Position numbers and translations under genes: made by a program
In this document: positions 38,370-51,519 of the stretch, piece by piece
Layout of the letters: every line of letters begins with the position of its first letter
Numbering within the stretch: the first letter of the stretch is position 1
Notes under the pieces: generated by a model
Seen by the model: only the letters and a program-made list of their open reading frames with translations
Told to the model about the DNA's origin: nothing
Databases searched by the model: none
Assembly: GCA_951406725.2 (NCBI GenBank)
Contig: OX597818.1
Location: forward strand, 132,804,001 to 132,868,000
From: Octopus vulgaris
Lineage: Eukaryota
Reading direction: 5' to 3'
DNA: 64,000 bases

Positions 38370-38979
38370 TCTTTATATATAAAAGTAAGGTTGTGTGCTG
38401 TCTGTCTCCTACGATTTAGATTCCTAACTACCCCCACATTTTGCGGTGCAGTTTAACCAAAACCGGGTATCTTATAGTCGTGATTCATATCGAGCCCTTC
38501 TGGGTATTAGCGTGCGTCTACGATGAGTCTACAATTTAAAAAAAAGTTTACCATCAATTTTTCCCATTTTTAATGCATTTTTGGCATAAATAAGGGAAGT
38601 AACTCTCTAAAAATTTATTATTAAATCTCAGAACGTAAAAAGCTACAGTAACACCATCACCTTTGTGGTTAGCCATATTGAGATGGCTATTATACTTTAC
38701 ATCTCTAAAAATGCTTATATAGTTATTTCCCTTACAAACCCGAGCAACGCCGGGCGATACTGCTCTTTTACTCTTTTATGCTTTTACTTGTTTCAGTCAT
38801 TTGACTGCGGCCATGCTGGAGCACCGCCTTTAGTCGAGCAAGTCGACCCCGGGACTTATTCTTTGTAAGCCCAGTACTTATTCTATCGGTCTCTTTTGCC
38901 GAACTGCTAAGTGACAGGGACGTAAACACACCAGCATCGGTTGTCAAGCAATGCTAGGGGGACAAACACACATACACAA

Positions 38980-39047
<68 letters not shown>

Positions 39048-39209
39048 GACAGGCTTCTTTCAGTTTCCGTCTACCAAATCTACTCACAAGGCATTGGTCG
39101 GCCCGGGACTATAGTAGAAGACACTTGCCCAAGATGCCACGCAGTGGGACTGAACCCGGAACCATGTGGTTGGTTAGCAAGCTACTTACCACACAGCCAT
39201 TCCTGCTAG
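38370..39209 (+). mobile_element. Non-autonomous Helitron interrupted near its 3' end by SINE A
   Basis: A|TC 5' end, subterminal hairpin cccgagcaacgccggg, and CTAG|T terminus at 39206-09 after the SINE. Confidence 0.82.
38764..39203 (-). mobile_element. SINE family A
   Basis: Match to the other copies. Confidence 0.92.
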
Positions 39210-39250
39210 TAATAAATAAAACTGAAATCATTATGATCATTATTATATAA

Positions 39251-39679
39251 GGTGGCAAACTGGCAGAATTGTTAGTGCGCCTGACTAAATGCTCAGTGGT
39301 ATTTCACCTGTGGTATTTCACTCTATATTCAAATTTCACCGAGTTCGAATTCGACTTTGCCTGTCATCCTTTTGGGGATGTAATCAACTAGTACCCTCTC
39401 CTAAAAAATTTCAGGCCTTGTGCCAAAAAGAATTATCATCATTATTATCATTATCATTATTATTATGTTAGTGGGCTGGTAGAAGTGTTACTGTGCTATG
39501 CAAAATACTTAACAACATTTCTTTCAGCTCCTCGAGTTCTGAGTTCAAATTCCACTGAGGTCAACCTTGCTGTTCATAATTTCATACTTTTGGTGGCAAT
39601 AAAATAACTAACTGTTGAGCACTGGGGAGGTAGGGGTGATTTAATTGACTTCCTCCTCTTCCTATCAAAATTGCTTGCC
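39251..39679 (+). mobile_element. Two diverged SINE B copies
   Basis: Heads at about 39251 and 39470. Confidence 0.7.
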
Positions 39680-40099
39680 TTACTCTCTTTACTCTCTTTT
39701 ACTTGTTTCAGTCATTTGACTGTGGCCATGCTGGAGCACCATCTTTTAATCGAGCAACTCGACTCCGAGACTTATTCTTTTTGTAAGCCCAGTACTTATT
39801 CTATCGGTCTCTTTTGCCGAACCGCTAAGTAACGGGGACATAAACACACCAGCATCGGTTGTCAAGCAATGCTAGGGGGACAAACACAGACACACAAACA
39901 AACACACACACTTATATATATATATATACATATATACGACAGGCTTCTTTCAGTTTCCGTCTACCAAATCCACTCACAAGGCATTGGTCGGCCCAGGGCT
40001 ATAGCAGAAGACACTTGCCCAAGATGCCACGCAGTGGGACTGAACCCGGAACCATATGGTTGGTTAGCAAGCTACTTACCACACAGCCACTCCTGCACC
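39680..40099 (-). mobile_element. SINE family A
   Basis: Full length. Confidence 0.92.
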
Positions 40100-40827
40100 T
40101 TGTGTGAAAATGAGAAAGAACATCCTTTTGGTGTTGATAAAATAAGTACCAATGGAACACTGGGGTCAATGAAATTGATGAGCCACCTACCCCAAAATTC
40201 CACCCCTCTTTTGCCTATAGTAGAAAAGAACTATTATTATCATCATCATCATCTTCAATATTATTATTATTGGCAGTGGTCTAGTATAATCATTAGAGTG
40301 TCTGAAAAAAGTGTTTTACGACATTTCATCTGAGTTCAAGTCATGCCAAGGCAAACTGTGCCTTTCATTTCACTAAGACTCAGATAAAGTACCAATCAAG
40401 TACTGGAACCAATGGTATCACAACTATCTCTCCTCCTCTCTATATTACTCACCATATTCCTAAATTATTTTGTAGAAGGTTAGTGCAATAGCAAAAGAAA
40501 AATATGTCAACCATATCTTAGATCAACCTTAAGAACCCTTCCTACCAAAGATACCAGCCATAATGTAGTTGTCAATGTCTGTAAGTCCATTACTCAGCCT
40601 CCTGGTATCATTTAACAGGATTGTATAGATTCAGCCAAGACTCTTAGTAATCTGTTCTCTCTCTTTTTTCTCAGATGGCTTGCATTCAATTTTAAAGGGG
40701 AATTCTCTAACTTCCGTTTGTATTTTGGACAAACTGCATCTTTTCTTGTCTTTGGAATGAAGTCATCATTGTCAGAATAACTCATCCAAAAGGGTGAAGA
40801 GTGCTTCCATTTTTATCTTTGTTTCCA

Positions 40828-41229
40828 CGGCTGTGTGGTAAGTAGCTTGCTAACCAACCTCATGGTTCCGGGTTCAGTCCCACTGGGTGGCACCTTGGGC
40901 AAGTGTCTTCTGCTATAGCCTCGGGCCGACCAATGCCTTGTGAGTGGATTTGGTAGATGGAAACTGAAAGAAGCCTGTCGTATATATGTATATATATATA
41001 TAAGTGTGTGTGTATATGTTTGTGTGTCTGTGTTTGTCCCCCTAGCATTGCTTGACAACCGATGCTGGTGTGTTTACATCCCCGTCACTTAGCAGTTCAG
41101 CAAAAGAGACCGATAGAATAAGTACTGGGCTTACAAAGAATAACTCCCGGGGTCGATTTCCTCGACTAAAGGCGGTGCTCCAGCATGGTTGCAGTCAAAT
41201 GACTGAAACAAGTAAAAGAGTAAAGAGTA
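40828..41229 (+). mobile_element. SINE family A
   Basis: Slightly 5'-truncated. Confidence 0.92.
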
Positions 41230-41599
41230 TGGCAGTATTGTTATTAATGAAAGACCATAGTGGTGGTAGCACAAGATACCATTTGATCTCCATTCTTTGT
41301 GAGTATCTTGTGGCACCTCTCAGTACCAAATCCAAAAGTACCACCAAAATGATAATCAGAATCTTTCATTCCATCATTAATTCCTACATTGTTATTAATT
41401 TTAATTTGGGGTTATCAGCCTGAACGATTACAAGCTGGTATATATATAATGTTACATATATATAGTTAGGGCTTCTTTGCCTTTATTGTTGTGTGTTACT
41501 AGGTTATCGGGGTGGGGGGTTCTTACAGAATGGGTATTATCAATTTGTTAAGTGCTTGTCACTTAATCATGAATTAAAAGGATAAAAAAAGAAAGGATA

Positions 41600-41838
41600 C
41601 AGATCCTTCCCAAATCATCTAGACTCATAAGGCCTATTCCACAGTTCCTGTAGTGTAAATATTCCCTCCCAGATGGGATGCCAGTCCTTTCGCAGGAATA
41701 TTCACTTTTGCCAGCTGAGAGGACTGGAGCAATGTGAAATGAAATGTTTTGCTCAAGAACACACGGCATCACCCGGTGAAGGAATTAAAACCACAGTCTT
41801 ATAATCCTGAGTCCAATCTCCTGACCACTAAACCACAT
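41600..41838 (-). mobile_element. Old tRNA-derived SINE with V-domain-like motif
   Basis: Minus strand: tggtttagtggtca head, then gtgttcttgagcaaaac and cctgcgaaaggactggcatcccatc. Confidence 0.6.
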
Positions 41839-42794
41839 TTCCTTGGTGATAAATCACAGGAATACTAAACCCAATTATTACATCAGAAATTCCTTGACTC
41901 AACGTGGGATTGAAACCAGGATCACATGGCTTTAAAGAAAATTTCTTACCTATACAGCCATGTTGGAAACAATTCTTCTCTAGATTCATGACTTCGTACC
42001 AATGTGAGAAATAAATATTAATTTGTAATAGTATTAACTCCAGATTTTTCTTAATTAGTATGATTCCATTTACACAATAACCATTAACAAAATATTTTTT
42101 TTTAAATCGAGAAAAGTAAAGGTGAAAGGGAGAGAAAAGAAAGAGAATGAGAAAGAGGAAAATTTTATCCAAAATAACAGTGTTCCATAGAACACAGTTC
42201 CTACTGAACTCAACTTAACACCTGCCTGCCTACTTCCTGACACAATATTTTATCACTAAAATTTCTCATTGCTTCATTTACCCTCAACTAAAATAATGAA
42301 GTTATATTTTCTATTTGTTATCACCAATACTTATTTTTTTCTCATGTACTTTTTTTTTTAAAGTCCTACTATAATAAATTTTGTTTTTTTCCATTTTTCT
42401 TATGCTTTGAAATTTATTATTTATTTGTGTTAAGATATATTTACTGAAAACAAATTTTTATATTAATAAAGATAAATGATAACGAATATATTATCATCAT
42501 CATCATCATCATCATCATTGTCATCATCATTACTATTATCATTATTATTATCACTACTATTATTATTATAATTAAGGCAGCCAGCTGGCAGAATTGTTAA
42601 CATGCCAGGCAAAATGCTTAGCAGCATTTTGTGCATTCTCAATTCAAATTCCACTGGGAGAATCTTTGCTTTTCATTATCTTGTGGTTGATGAAATAAGT
42701 ACCTGTAATGCACTGGAGTTGATGTAATCAACTTGCCCCCTACTCCCAAAATATCAGGCCTTGAGCCTATAGTAGAAAAGATTATTATTATTAT

Positions 42795-43306
42795 TATTAT
42801 TGAGTGAGAGAGCAGTGCATGCCATCAAAGTGACACTGGGGTAAAATATATGAAACCCAGTATGCCCATCATGACTACCCATTTGATAAGGGTACACCAG
42901 GCACATGTATCACAACCATATGTGTATGACATGGTGATCTCTGCAGGTGGGGCCCAGTTAGAATTTTCTTCAGGTTGAGTGGCTCATCCCTTGTTTAATG
43001 ATGTTAACCGAAACACCCATATGTCCAGAGGTGAATTATTCAAACTCCAACGAATTTTTGTCAACACATGGCTATGATGCTCCCCCACTACTTCTGCTTG
43101 TTATCAGAGGTGTACATATCGTCAGCCACCAAAGGATATGCTCAACTGGTTTAGGTCAAACAAGTGACAAGCAAATCTGTGGTATTGAATAGAATATTTG
43201 CTGTCAGTCACTTTTTATACTAAGACAAAGCATGTATATGATAACACTTCCAATCAGTTAAGATCAGAAGCTATGAGAGCCAGTGCCTGGTACTGCATCT
43301 GGGCAT
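42795..43306 (-). mobile_element. Retroposon family E, second copy
   Basis: Reverse complement of 29820-30358, ending in (AAT)n. Confidence 0.8.
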
Positions 43307-43529
43307 TGGCAGTGAAGTAGCAGAATCATTAGAGTGTCCTATAAAATGTCTTATGGCAGGTCGTCTGAGCTCAAATCGTTCCAAGGTGAATTTTGCTTTT
43401 AATCTCTCCAAGGGACAAATAAATTACCACTGGGCATGATGGTATCAGCTAACTGATTCCTATCAAAATTGATAGGCATGGGCCTAAATTAGAAACCAAA
43501 AACAAACAAAAAAAATAAAGAAAATGTTA

Positions 43530-43912
43530 TCTATTATATAAAATCTGTTCTGTCTGTCTGTGTGTGTGTGTCTTCTAGGATCTCGGGCATCTTCCATCCA
43601 ATTGCACTCAAATTTGATACGTAGATATCAACGGTATCAGGGCGTGTATAAGTCTTGAAAAAATTATGAAAATCGATTCCAGGTGAGAATGTGATTGATA
43701 AAGCCATGAGAACGTGCATTTGTACTCACAAGTACATCAGGTGTTGCAATCGATATCTTTATTTCTTCTTTTGCTTGTGTCTCAAATTTAGGTTAAATCA
43801 GTGTTTCTCAAAGGGGAGGCCTAAGAGACGGTCAGACAAGTTGTTTTGAGAAAATTTGGTTTAAATGCTTGACAACTCAGCACCATCCATTGGACAGTGG
43901 GCATTTTGCTCA
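43530..43912 (+). mobile_element. Probable non-autonomous Helitron
   Basis: A|TCTATTATATAAAA start followed by (CTGT)n. The 3' hairpin ccattggacagtgg is degenerate and there is no clean CTAG. Confidence 0.55.
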
Positions 43913-44614
43913 TTACTAATATTGCTGTTATTAGAACTATGAGCTAGCAAAATCATTAGCACGTTGAGCAAAATACTTAGCAGCATGTTGTCTGTCTTTA
44001 TGTTTTGAGTTCATATTCTGCTGAGGTCAACTTTGTCTTTCATCCTTTTGAGGTTGGTAAAATAAGTATCCATTGAGCACTGGAATCAATGTAATTATCA
44101 TACCCTCTCCCCGAAATTGCTGGCCTTGCACCAAAATTTTAAGCCATTATTATTATGAGGATGATGGTGATGGTTAAGGTGGAAAGGTGGCAGAATTGTT
44201 AGCATGCCAGGAAAAAATGCTTAGCAGCATTTCATCTGTCTTTACTTCCTGAGTTCAAATGTTGCTATGGTCGACTTTACCTTTTATCCTTTTGAGGTCG
44301 ATAAAATAAATTGAACACTGTGATAGAAGAAACCAACTTATCCTCTCTCCCAAAATTTCTGGCCTTGTGCCTTATTAGAAAGGAATACTATTATTATTCT
44401 TTGTGATTATTATTAAGGTGGTAAGCTGGCAGAATCATTAGCATGCAGGTAACATGCTTCACAGAATTTCTTCTGGCTTTACATTACAAGTTCAGATTCT
44501 GCCAAGGTTGACTTTGCCTTTCATCTTACCAGGGTCTAGTTGTAATTGGCCAGCCTCCTCCCTCAAAATTTCAAGCTTTGTGCCTAGAGTAAAAGGAAAT
44601 TATTATTATAATGC

Positions 44615-45817
44615 TCAATAAGTTTTGATGTAGAGCAGCTAAGATGAAGCCTTTGTAGACCTGAGCTTTGTAGCAACTGTTGTGTGTGCTTCGGGTTAAC
44701 ATCAGCTTGTTTAGTAAAGGCCAGATATTTACCATACAGAGATTTCTGCTCCCACATACAAGTCAGTTGTTCATGCACTTTTCCTTTTGTTACTAATTTT
44801 ACTCTTTTGCTAAAACAATTGTCATATTTTCTTCAGGATATTCACCCTGGGGGATATTCATAAAATCAGTAGCAAATTTTTTGCTCTCCTTCAAGACAGA
44901 ATGAAGCTTTTTACACCTCTCATGACTTTTAATGAGTTTAGCATCCAGTCATAAGTTGTTTCAAGATATTTGAGCAGTCTAATTATGGTGGTTTTATAAA
45001 TAAGTTCAAACTGGATCAAACCTCAACCTCCTTGAGCTCAGGGAAGGCAAAGATGATCCACGTCTGCCTTTGGGTCAGCAACTTATGAATGTTTAGCATA
45101 CCGGGCAAAATGCTTAGAGATATTTCATCTGCCGTTACGTTCTGAGTTCAAATCCTGCCAAGGTCGACTTTGCCTTTCATCCTTTCGGGGTCGAGTAAAT
45201 TAAGTACCAGTTACGCACTGGGGTCGATATAATCGACTTAATCCGTTTGTCTGTCCTTGTTTGTTTTCTCTGTGTTTAGCCCCTTGTGGGTAGTAAAGAA
45301 ATAGGTATTTCATCTGCCATTACGTTCCAAGTTCAAATCCCACCAAAGTTGACTTTGCCTTTCATCCTTTCGGGGTTGATAAATTAAGTACCAATTGCGT
45401 ACTGGAGTCGATGTAATCGACTTAATCCCCTTTGTCTGTCCTTGTTTGTCCCCTCTATGTTTAGCTCCCCGTGGACAATAAAGAAATTAACTTACAAGTG
45501 TTTCTATCAATTTTCTGTACTTCACCGATATTCCAGTTCAACACATTGGAACTCTTAATGACAACTGGAACCGTTAAAGAACATATGGCTAACACCTTAT
45601 TATGTGCATTTAACTCAGATTTCAGAACTGCTTGAACTCTCCTATAATACTCCTTCATGATCTTCTCTTTCAAGCTTGCACGCTGATTGCCAGAGCCTTC
45701 ATGTATTCCTTGGTATTTATAGGTTTGTTCATGCTCAACTTCTTTTATAACTGTTTCAGCATCTAATTCAACTGAATTTGAGAGTTTATCAGTTTTCCTT
45801 CCTAGAAAGTGGCCTTG

Positions 45818-45818
<1 letters not shown>
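44615..45818 (-). pseudogene. R4/Dong-like (RLE-type) LINE reverse-transcriptase/thumb fragment split by two SINE B copies
   Basis: TYKYQGI...KEYYRRVQAVLKSELNAHNKVLAI...LNWNIGEVQKIDR, then PKADVD..L..AQGG.GLIQ...WEQKSLYGKY...LQSSGL. Confidence 0.85.
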
Positions 45819-45860
<42 letters not shown>

Positions 45861-46226
45861 TGTCGCCACTGCCGCTGCCACCACCACCTTACAAAATGCC
45901 TGCCAGTATTAGTTCTGTCTTATGTTTTGGTTCAAATCCTGCTGGAGTCAACTTGCCACTCATCTCTTCCGCACCAACAAATTAATGTACTAGTCAAACA
46001 CTATGGTTGGTGATATTAACTCACCCCCCAAGATTAATAGCCTTCTGCTTAAATCAAAGCAATTACAAATATCATTAGCATCAGTCATAAGGCAGTGAAC
46101 TGACAGAATCATTAGCATACTGGGCAAAATGCTAAGTGGTATTTCCGTCATCCTTATGTTCTGAGTTCAAATTCTGCCAAGGTCGACTTTGCCTTTCATC
46201 CTTTTGGGTTTGACAAAATAAGTACC

Positions 46227-46458
46227 TATTTCTTTATTACCCACAAGGGGCTAAACACAGAGGGGACAAACAAGGACAGACATAGGTATTAAGTTGATTA
46301 CATCGACTCCAGTGCATAACTGGTACTTAATTTATCGACCCCGAAAGGATGAAAGGTAAAGTCGACCTCGGCAGGAATTTGAACTCACAACGTAACGGCA
46401 GACGAAATACCGCTAAGCATTTCGCCCGACGTGCTAACGTTTCTGCCAGCTCGCCGCC
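46227..46458 (-). mobile_element. Young SINE B (tail type 1) nested in an older B copy, 17-bp TSD
   Basis: TTGACAAAATAAGTACC at 46210-26 and 46459-75. Confidence 0.93.
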
Positions 46459-46694
46459 TTGACAAAATAAGTACCAGTTAAGTACTGGAGTCGATGTAAT
46501 CAGCTTACCCCATCTCTGAAGTTGCTGGTCTTGTGCCATAATTTGAAACCAATGTTATTATCATCAATATAGCAGCGAGCTGGCAGAATCGTTACCACAT
46601 CAGAAAAAATGTTTAGTGGCATTTCTTCTGACTTTACATTCTGAGTTCAAATTCCACCATGGCCAACTTTACCTTTCGTCCTTTTGGGCTGAAT

Positions 46695-46940
46695 GAAAGC
46701 ACCATCCGTTCGTGGCCGTTTGCCAGCTCTGTTTGGCACCTGTGTGGGTTGCACGTAAAAAGCACCCACTACACCCACAGAGTGGTTGGCATTAGGAAGG
46801 GCATCCAGCCGTAGAAACACTGCCAGATCTGACTGGGCCTGATGAAGCCTTCCGGCTTCACAGACCCCAGTTGAACTGTCCAACCCATGCTAGCATGGAA
46901 AACGGATGCTAAACGATGATGATGATGATGATGATGATGA
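46695..46940 (+). mobile_element. RTE 3' UTR (family D) nested in SINE B
   Basis: Matches 3600-3902, and the B sequence resumes after (GAT)n. Confidence 0.85.
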
Positions 46941-48376
46941 GTACTGGGGTCGATGAAATTTACTTACCCCTAACCCCAAAAATACTGGCCTTGGGCCAAA
47001 ATTTGGAACTATAATTGTTAGCATCAATATTTTACTAATTATCGTTGGTCTTAGTATTCTTAGTTTATTAATTAATATTTTTGTTATTCTAAATAACTTT
47101 TGATGTTGATAATGTTGGTTGGTTGGTTGGTTGGTTGGTTGGTTGGTTTGGTTTGGTTATTTTGGTTGGTTTGTTTTCCATGTTCCTATTACTATATTAT
47201 TTCATTTTCATCCTATTTCATTATGTTTTTATTTTTATCTCATTATGTTTTTATTTTTATTCCATTACTATTGTTGTTAGTGATGGTGTTAGGAGTGGTG
47301 GGATGGTCATGGGATGGTCATCACTGTAGTGTTAGAGTTATTGTATTTTTCAAAAAATGAATTACTACTTTATATTTGCTCATTGTTGTTGTTGTCATTG
47401 TTTTTATTGTTGTTGTTGTCATTGTTTTTATTGTTTTTATTGTTATATTTCTGTATCATTTTCATTTATGCTATATTGTTTAGTTTTATTTTGCTTTTTT
47501 TTTTGTTGTAGTTATATTTTATTTTTTGTTTCGTTTTGTTATCTTTATCTATTTATTTATTTATTTGGTTTGATTTTTAATAATAAGATTCTGACATATT
47601 ACATTTTTGCTAGGTCAAATAATCAGATCCATTACCAATACATTAGCATACTATATAATACAGCATGAAATGAAATTAAATGAAACTAGTTTTCTTTCCA
47701 CCTAATTATATAGCACAATATCCAAGTTAGACATGATTGTTATTTTTTTTCTTCCAAGTTTTGCATTATGACAAAGAACAACAACAACAACAACAAAAAT
47801 AGCTACAACAAAATAGATTAAAAAACATTTTAAATAACACAGATTATATTTTTGTTGTGTCCATTGCTTTTTATAAGTATATAGGATTTATTATTATTAT
47901 TATTATTATTACTGATACTTTTGTATCTCTATATTTCAAATTGCTGAATGGATAAAAATATAGCTCATTATGTGTGTGTGAGTTCAAATCGCTTTCAAAC
48001 TTTTTATTGTAACTCCAGTCTACAGCATCTATGCTGTTGTTAGCTGGAGTTTTTGTTGTTTCGACTTGTAGCAGGCCACAATCATGCAAGACCTATGATT
48101 AAAGACAGTTCATAAATGACCATCCCATTTATTTTTACTATTCAAATGTAATGCCTAAGACACATTAAAAGCAGGTTGGGATTTAAGGAAGTTTTGGCTT
48201 CTATTTCAAATATATTGAGACTGCCCAATTGCTGCAATTTATCATAGATGCAAGAAAAAGTTACCATTTATTTCCAGAGGAATATTTGTCTCTGTTCTTA
48301 TTGTGGCATTTAGTTATGTCACATTTTAGTATGAGTTTGGTTGGAGAAAATATATTATGCAGTTACATCCCATAGT

Positions 48377-48568
48377 GGTATTTCATCTGTCGTTACGTTC
48401 TGAGTTCAAATTCTGCCGAGGTCAACTTTGCTTTTAGTCTTTTTGGAGTTGATTAAATAAGTACCAGTTACACACTGGGGTCGATGTAATCGACTTAATC
48501 CCTTTGTCTGTCCTTGTTTGTTCCCTCTATGTTTAGCGCCCCCCCCCCCCTGTGGGCAATAAAGAAAT
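48377..48568 (+). mobile_element. 5'-truncated SINE B (tail type 1)
   Basis: Starts at ggtatttcatctg. Confidence 0.85.
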
Positions 48569-49090
48569 ATATATTTTGGATTCAAATTCCATCAAGATTG
48601 ACATCAAATTTATCTTTTCTATGTTGATAAAATAAGTTACAGTCAAGACCTATTCATTTGATGCCCACATATTTCACTAGGTTAACTGTAACAGATATCA
48701 CGTTCTACTCTCAACATCTAAGTACTGTAACAATGATGTAAAAACCAAAAAAATCACTCAATACTTTTTTGTCCATCTCCCATTTATCATCACAGACATA
48801 CCCACATATCAATGAATAAAAGAAAACCTTAAAAACAAGCCTTAATGAAAGCAGTCCCTGTGGAATCACTTCCACCAAGAAAGTCAAACAAGGCTTGCAG
48901 AAATCAACAACAACATAATGACCAAAAGTAACACTGCAGTACATACATTGAACATCACCACAATTACTGACATTGACACTACAGTACATATATTCAACAA
49001 CACTGCAATCACCAACATAGATTCTGCAATCCATACATTCATCCAAATAATTATAGACTCAGCTCCACCTCACCAAAATGAACCCACATA

Positions 49091-49822
49091 CAAGGTCTGA
49101 TCAATAAGTATCCGGAGTATTGCCATAGTAACGAAGCTAAAGCATGCAGAGTAAAGTCACTTGGCACAGATTAACCTTGACTAAGTCTTAACGTTCTAAC
49201 TCATTTCTGCTGTTTATAACAGTGCTTGGAAGGAACGTGTGTAGCATGTGATCGTCGCATTGACTATGACAGAAAAAGTTGTCATGACGATAGTTGCTCA
49301 GAGAACGACGCAAAGTTGCAGAAAGTGTATGGAGAGGGGTGCATGAGCCGCACACCATCCGTGAGTTATCCGAGGATGTGCAGATGATTTACGGTTCAGT
49401 TCAGTCCATTATCAGTGAAGATTTGGGTATGAAACGCGTGTCTGCCAAGATTGTGCCAAAACAGCTCTCAGCTTGCCAAAATGACACTCGGGTTTCAGTT
49501 GCACAAGATCTTCTTGATTGTGTCGAGAACGATGAAAAGTTTTTGAAAACTTTGCGTAGATCTCTGAGCAGGTATAAAGAAACCTTTGGCAAAATTGGAT
49601 GCAGATTTTCTGATCAACTTTCTGTCATGGTCAATGCGACAATCACACGTTGCACACGTCCCTTCCAAGCACTGCTGTAAACAGCAGAAGCGAGCTAGAA
49701 CGTTAAGACTTAATGCGCATGCACAGCAGAGGTCAAGGTCAATTTGTGCCAAGCGGCTTCACTCTGTATGCTTTAGCTTCGTGATTATGGCAATAATCTG
49801 GATACTTATCGATCAGACCACG
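49091..49822 (+). mobile_element. Internally deleted mariner with long (about 190 bp) TIRs
   Basis: TA-caaggtctgatcaataagtatcc / ggatacttatcgatcagaccacg-TA, with remnant TIRELSEDV...EDLGMKRVSAKIVPKQLS. Confidence 0.9.
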
Positions 49823-50224
49823 TATAAGAGCAATATCAAAACATTCAATTGAAATAGCTTCCAAGATTCAAACCAACGATTACCTGAAACATATGATACC
49901 AACAACACACACAACATTGCATCTCATATTTGTGGGGGAGGGTATGTCTCGAAAAAGCACCAACTGTAAGAACATGCAACCAGATGCTTTGAGATAAGTG
50001 TTCTGAGTTGAAATCCCAGCATGGTCTACTTGGGTGGTTGATTTAAGCTTTCCCTCAGTTTAACACCTCTACCTGGTACTTTTTATGCATTTTGTAAAGT
50101 CCTCCCCGTAGTAAGCACTCAGAGCAGGTAAAAAATTAGAGAATCCCTTCTTCCCTCCTTACCAGTCTCAGTGTCCTTGAAAAGGTTTGTAACGCAAAAT
50201 ATTTAGTGTTGGTAGTTAGAGGTA

Positions 50225-50648
50225 TTACTCTCTCATTTACTCTTTTACTTGTTTCAGTCATTTGACTGCGGCCATGCTGGAGCACCGCCTTTTAGTCGAG
50301 CAAATCGACCCCGGGGCTTATTCTTTGTAAACCCAGTACTTATTCTATTGGTCTCTTTTGCCGAACCGCTAAGTGACGGGGACGTAAACACACCAGCATC
50401 GGTTGTCAAGCAATGCTAGGGGGCAAACACAGACACACAAACACACACACACATACATATACATATATATATACATACATATATACGACAGGCTTCTTTC
50501 AGTTTCTGTCTACCAAATCCACTGACAAGGCATTGGTCGGCCCGGGGCTATAGCAGAAGACACTTGCCCAAGATGCCACGCAGTGGGACTGAACCCAGAA
50601 CCATGTGGTTGGTTAGCAAGCTACTTACCACGCAGCCACTCCTGCGCT
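50225..50648 (-). mobile_element. SINE family A
   Basis: Full length. Confidence 0.92.
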
Positions 50649-51468
50649 TATGTGCACGAAATTCCAAATTCCAAATTATTTATTATCGTTAACAAAATAA
50701 TGTGTTGTCATTTCAACAAACGACGGAACAAAAGATATTACACCAAGTGAAGCAGTTCAACAATTTGTGTGAGATTCATGCAATTCTGGTTTTTATTTGA
50801 ATCACGACTGCTGTCGTTGTTTATGTTAAGGGGTGCAAATTCAGGCAGCCGTTGGTCTTGGCAGGGCCTGTAGTAACTGGTTAGCTAGTTACACCATCAT
50901 TATACAGTTCTCTCTATATGCAGCCAGTGAAAGAAAAAGGCACCAAAGACAAAATTGTTAATGACAATCCCATGTTATTTACCTCATGAGAATTTTAATG
51001 AGTTAAATATCTGCTGAGCCAGTTGTTCGTTTGATAAAAGAGTAAATTATTAATATGTTTGTAAGATTTGAATGGGTTAATCTCTTACTGATGACACCAA
51101 GCCTTGATAGCAGCTTGTTGATTATTTAGTTTATTTTAACGATTGAACACAGTGAATTGGTTTCGATTCCTAGGCAGTGAGTTGGTGTACGTGACCCTGC
51201 CAAATATTTCTGCTAACGGATGACGGATACCACCTTGCTTCCTGACTATACGATAAAAATTAAAATAACCACAGACTCTATTTCCTCTATGAACCAGAAA
51301 TCACCTGCATCAAATATAAACCACAAAAAAAAGCAAGCAGTAAAACACTGCGAAGTTATTAGCAGCATCAATATCTCTAATAATAACCACACCGCATAAC
51401 CTGCCTAAATAACAACTGTTAACACCTACATTCCAAAAGCAAGCAAATAACAACAGCTACTACTACTG

Positions 51469-51519
<51 letters not shown>

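Larger units (their letters stand above)
42576..47005 (+). mobile_element. Dense cluster of about 10 co-oriented SINE B copies with nested elements
   Basis: Heads or fragments at about 42576, 43308, 43940, 44178, 44416, 45078, 45305, 45895, 46091 and 46572. One antisense copy lies at 46227-46458. Confidence 0.8.

Noticed and set aside
39859-40107. Recurrent peptides such as RQASFSFRLPNPLTRHWSARG and DRLLSVSVYQIHSQG
   Set aside because: These are antisense readings of SINE A, not a gene family.
42576-47005. CRISPR-like repeat-spacer array
   Set aside because: The repeats are roughly 200-bp diverged SINEs with irregular spacing in eukaryotic DNA, and there are no cas genes.
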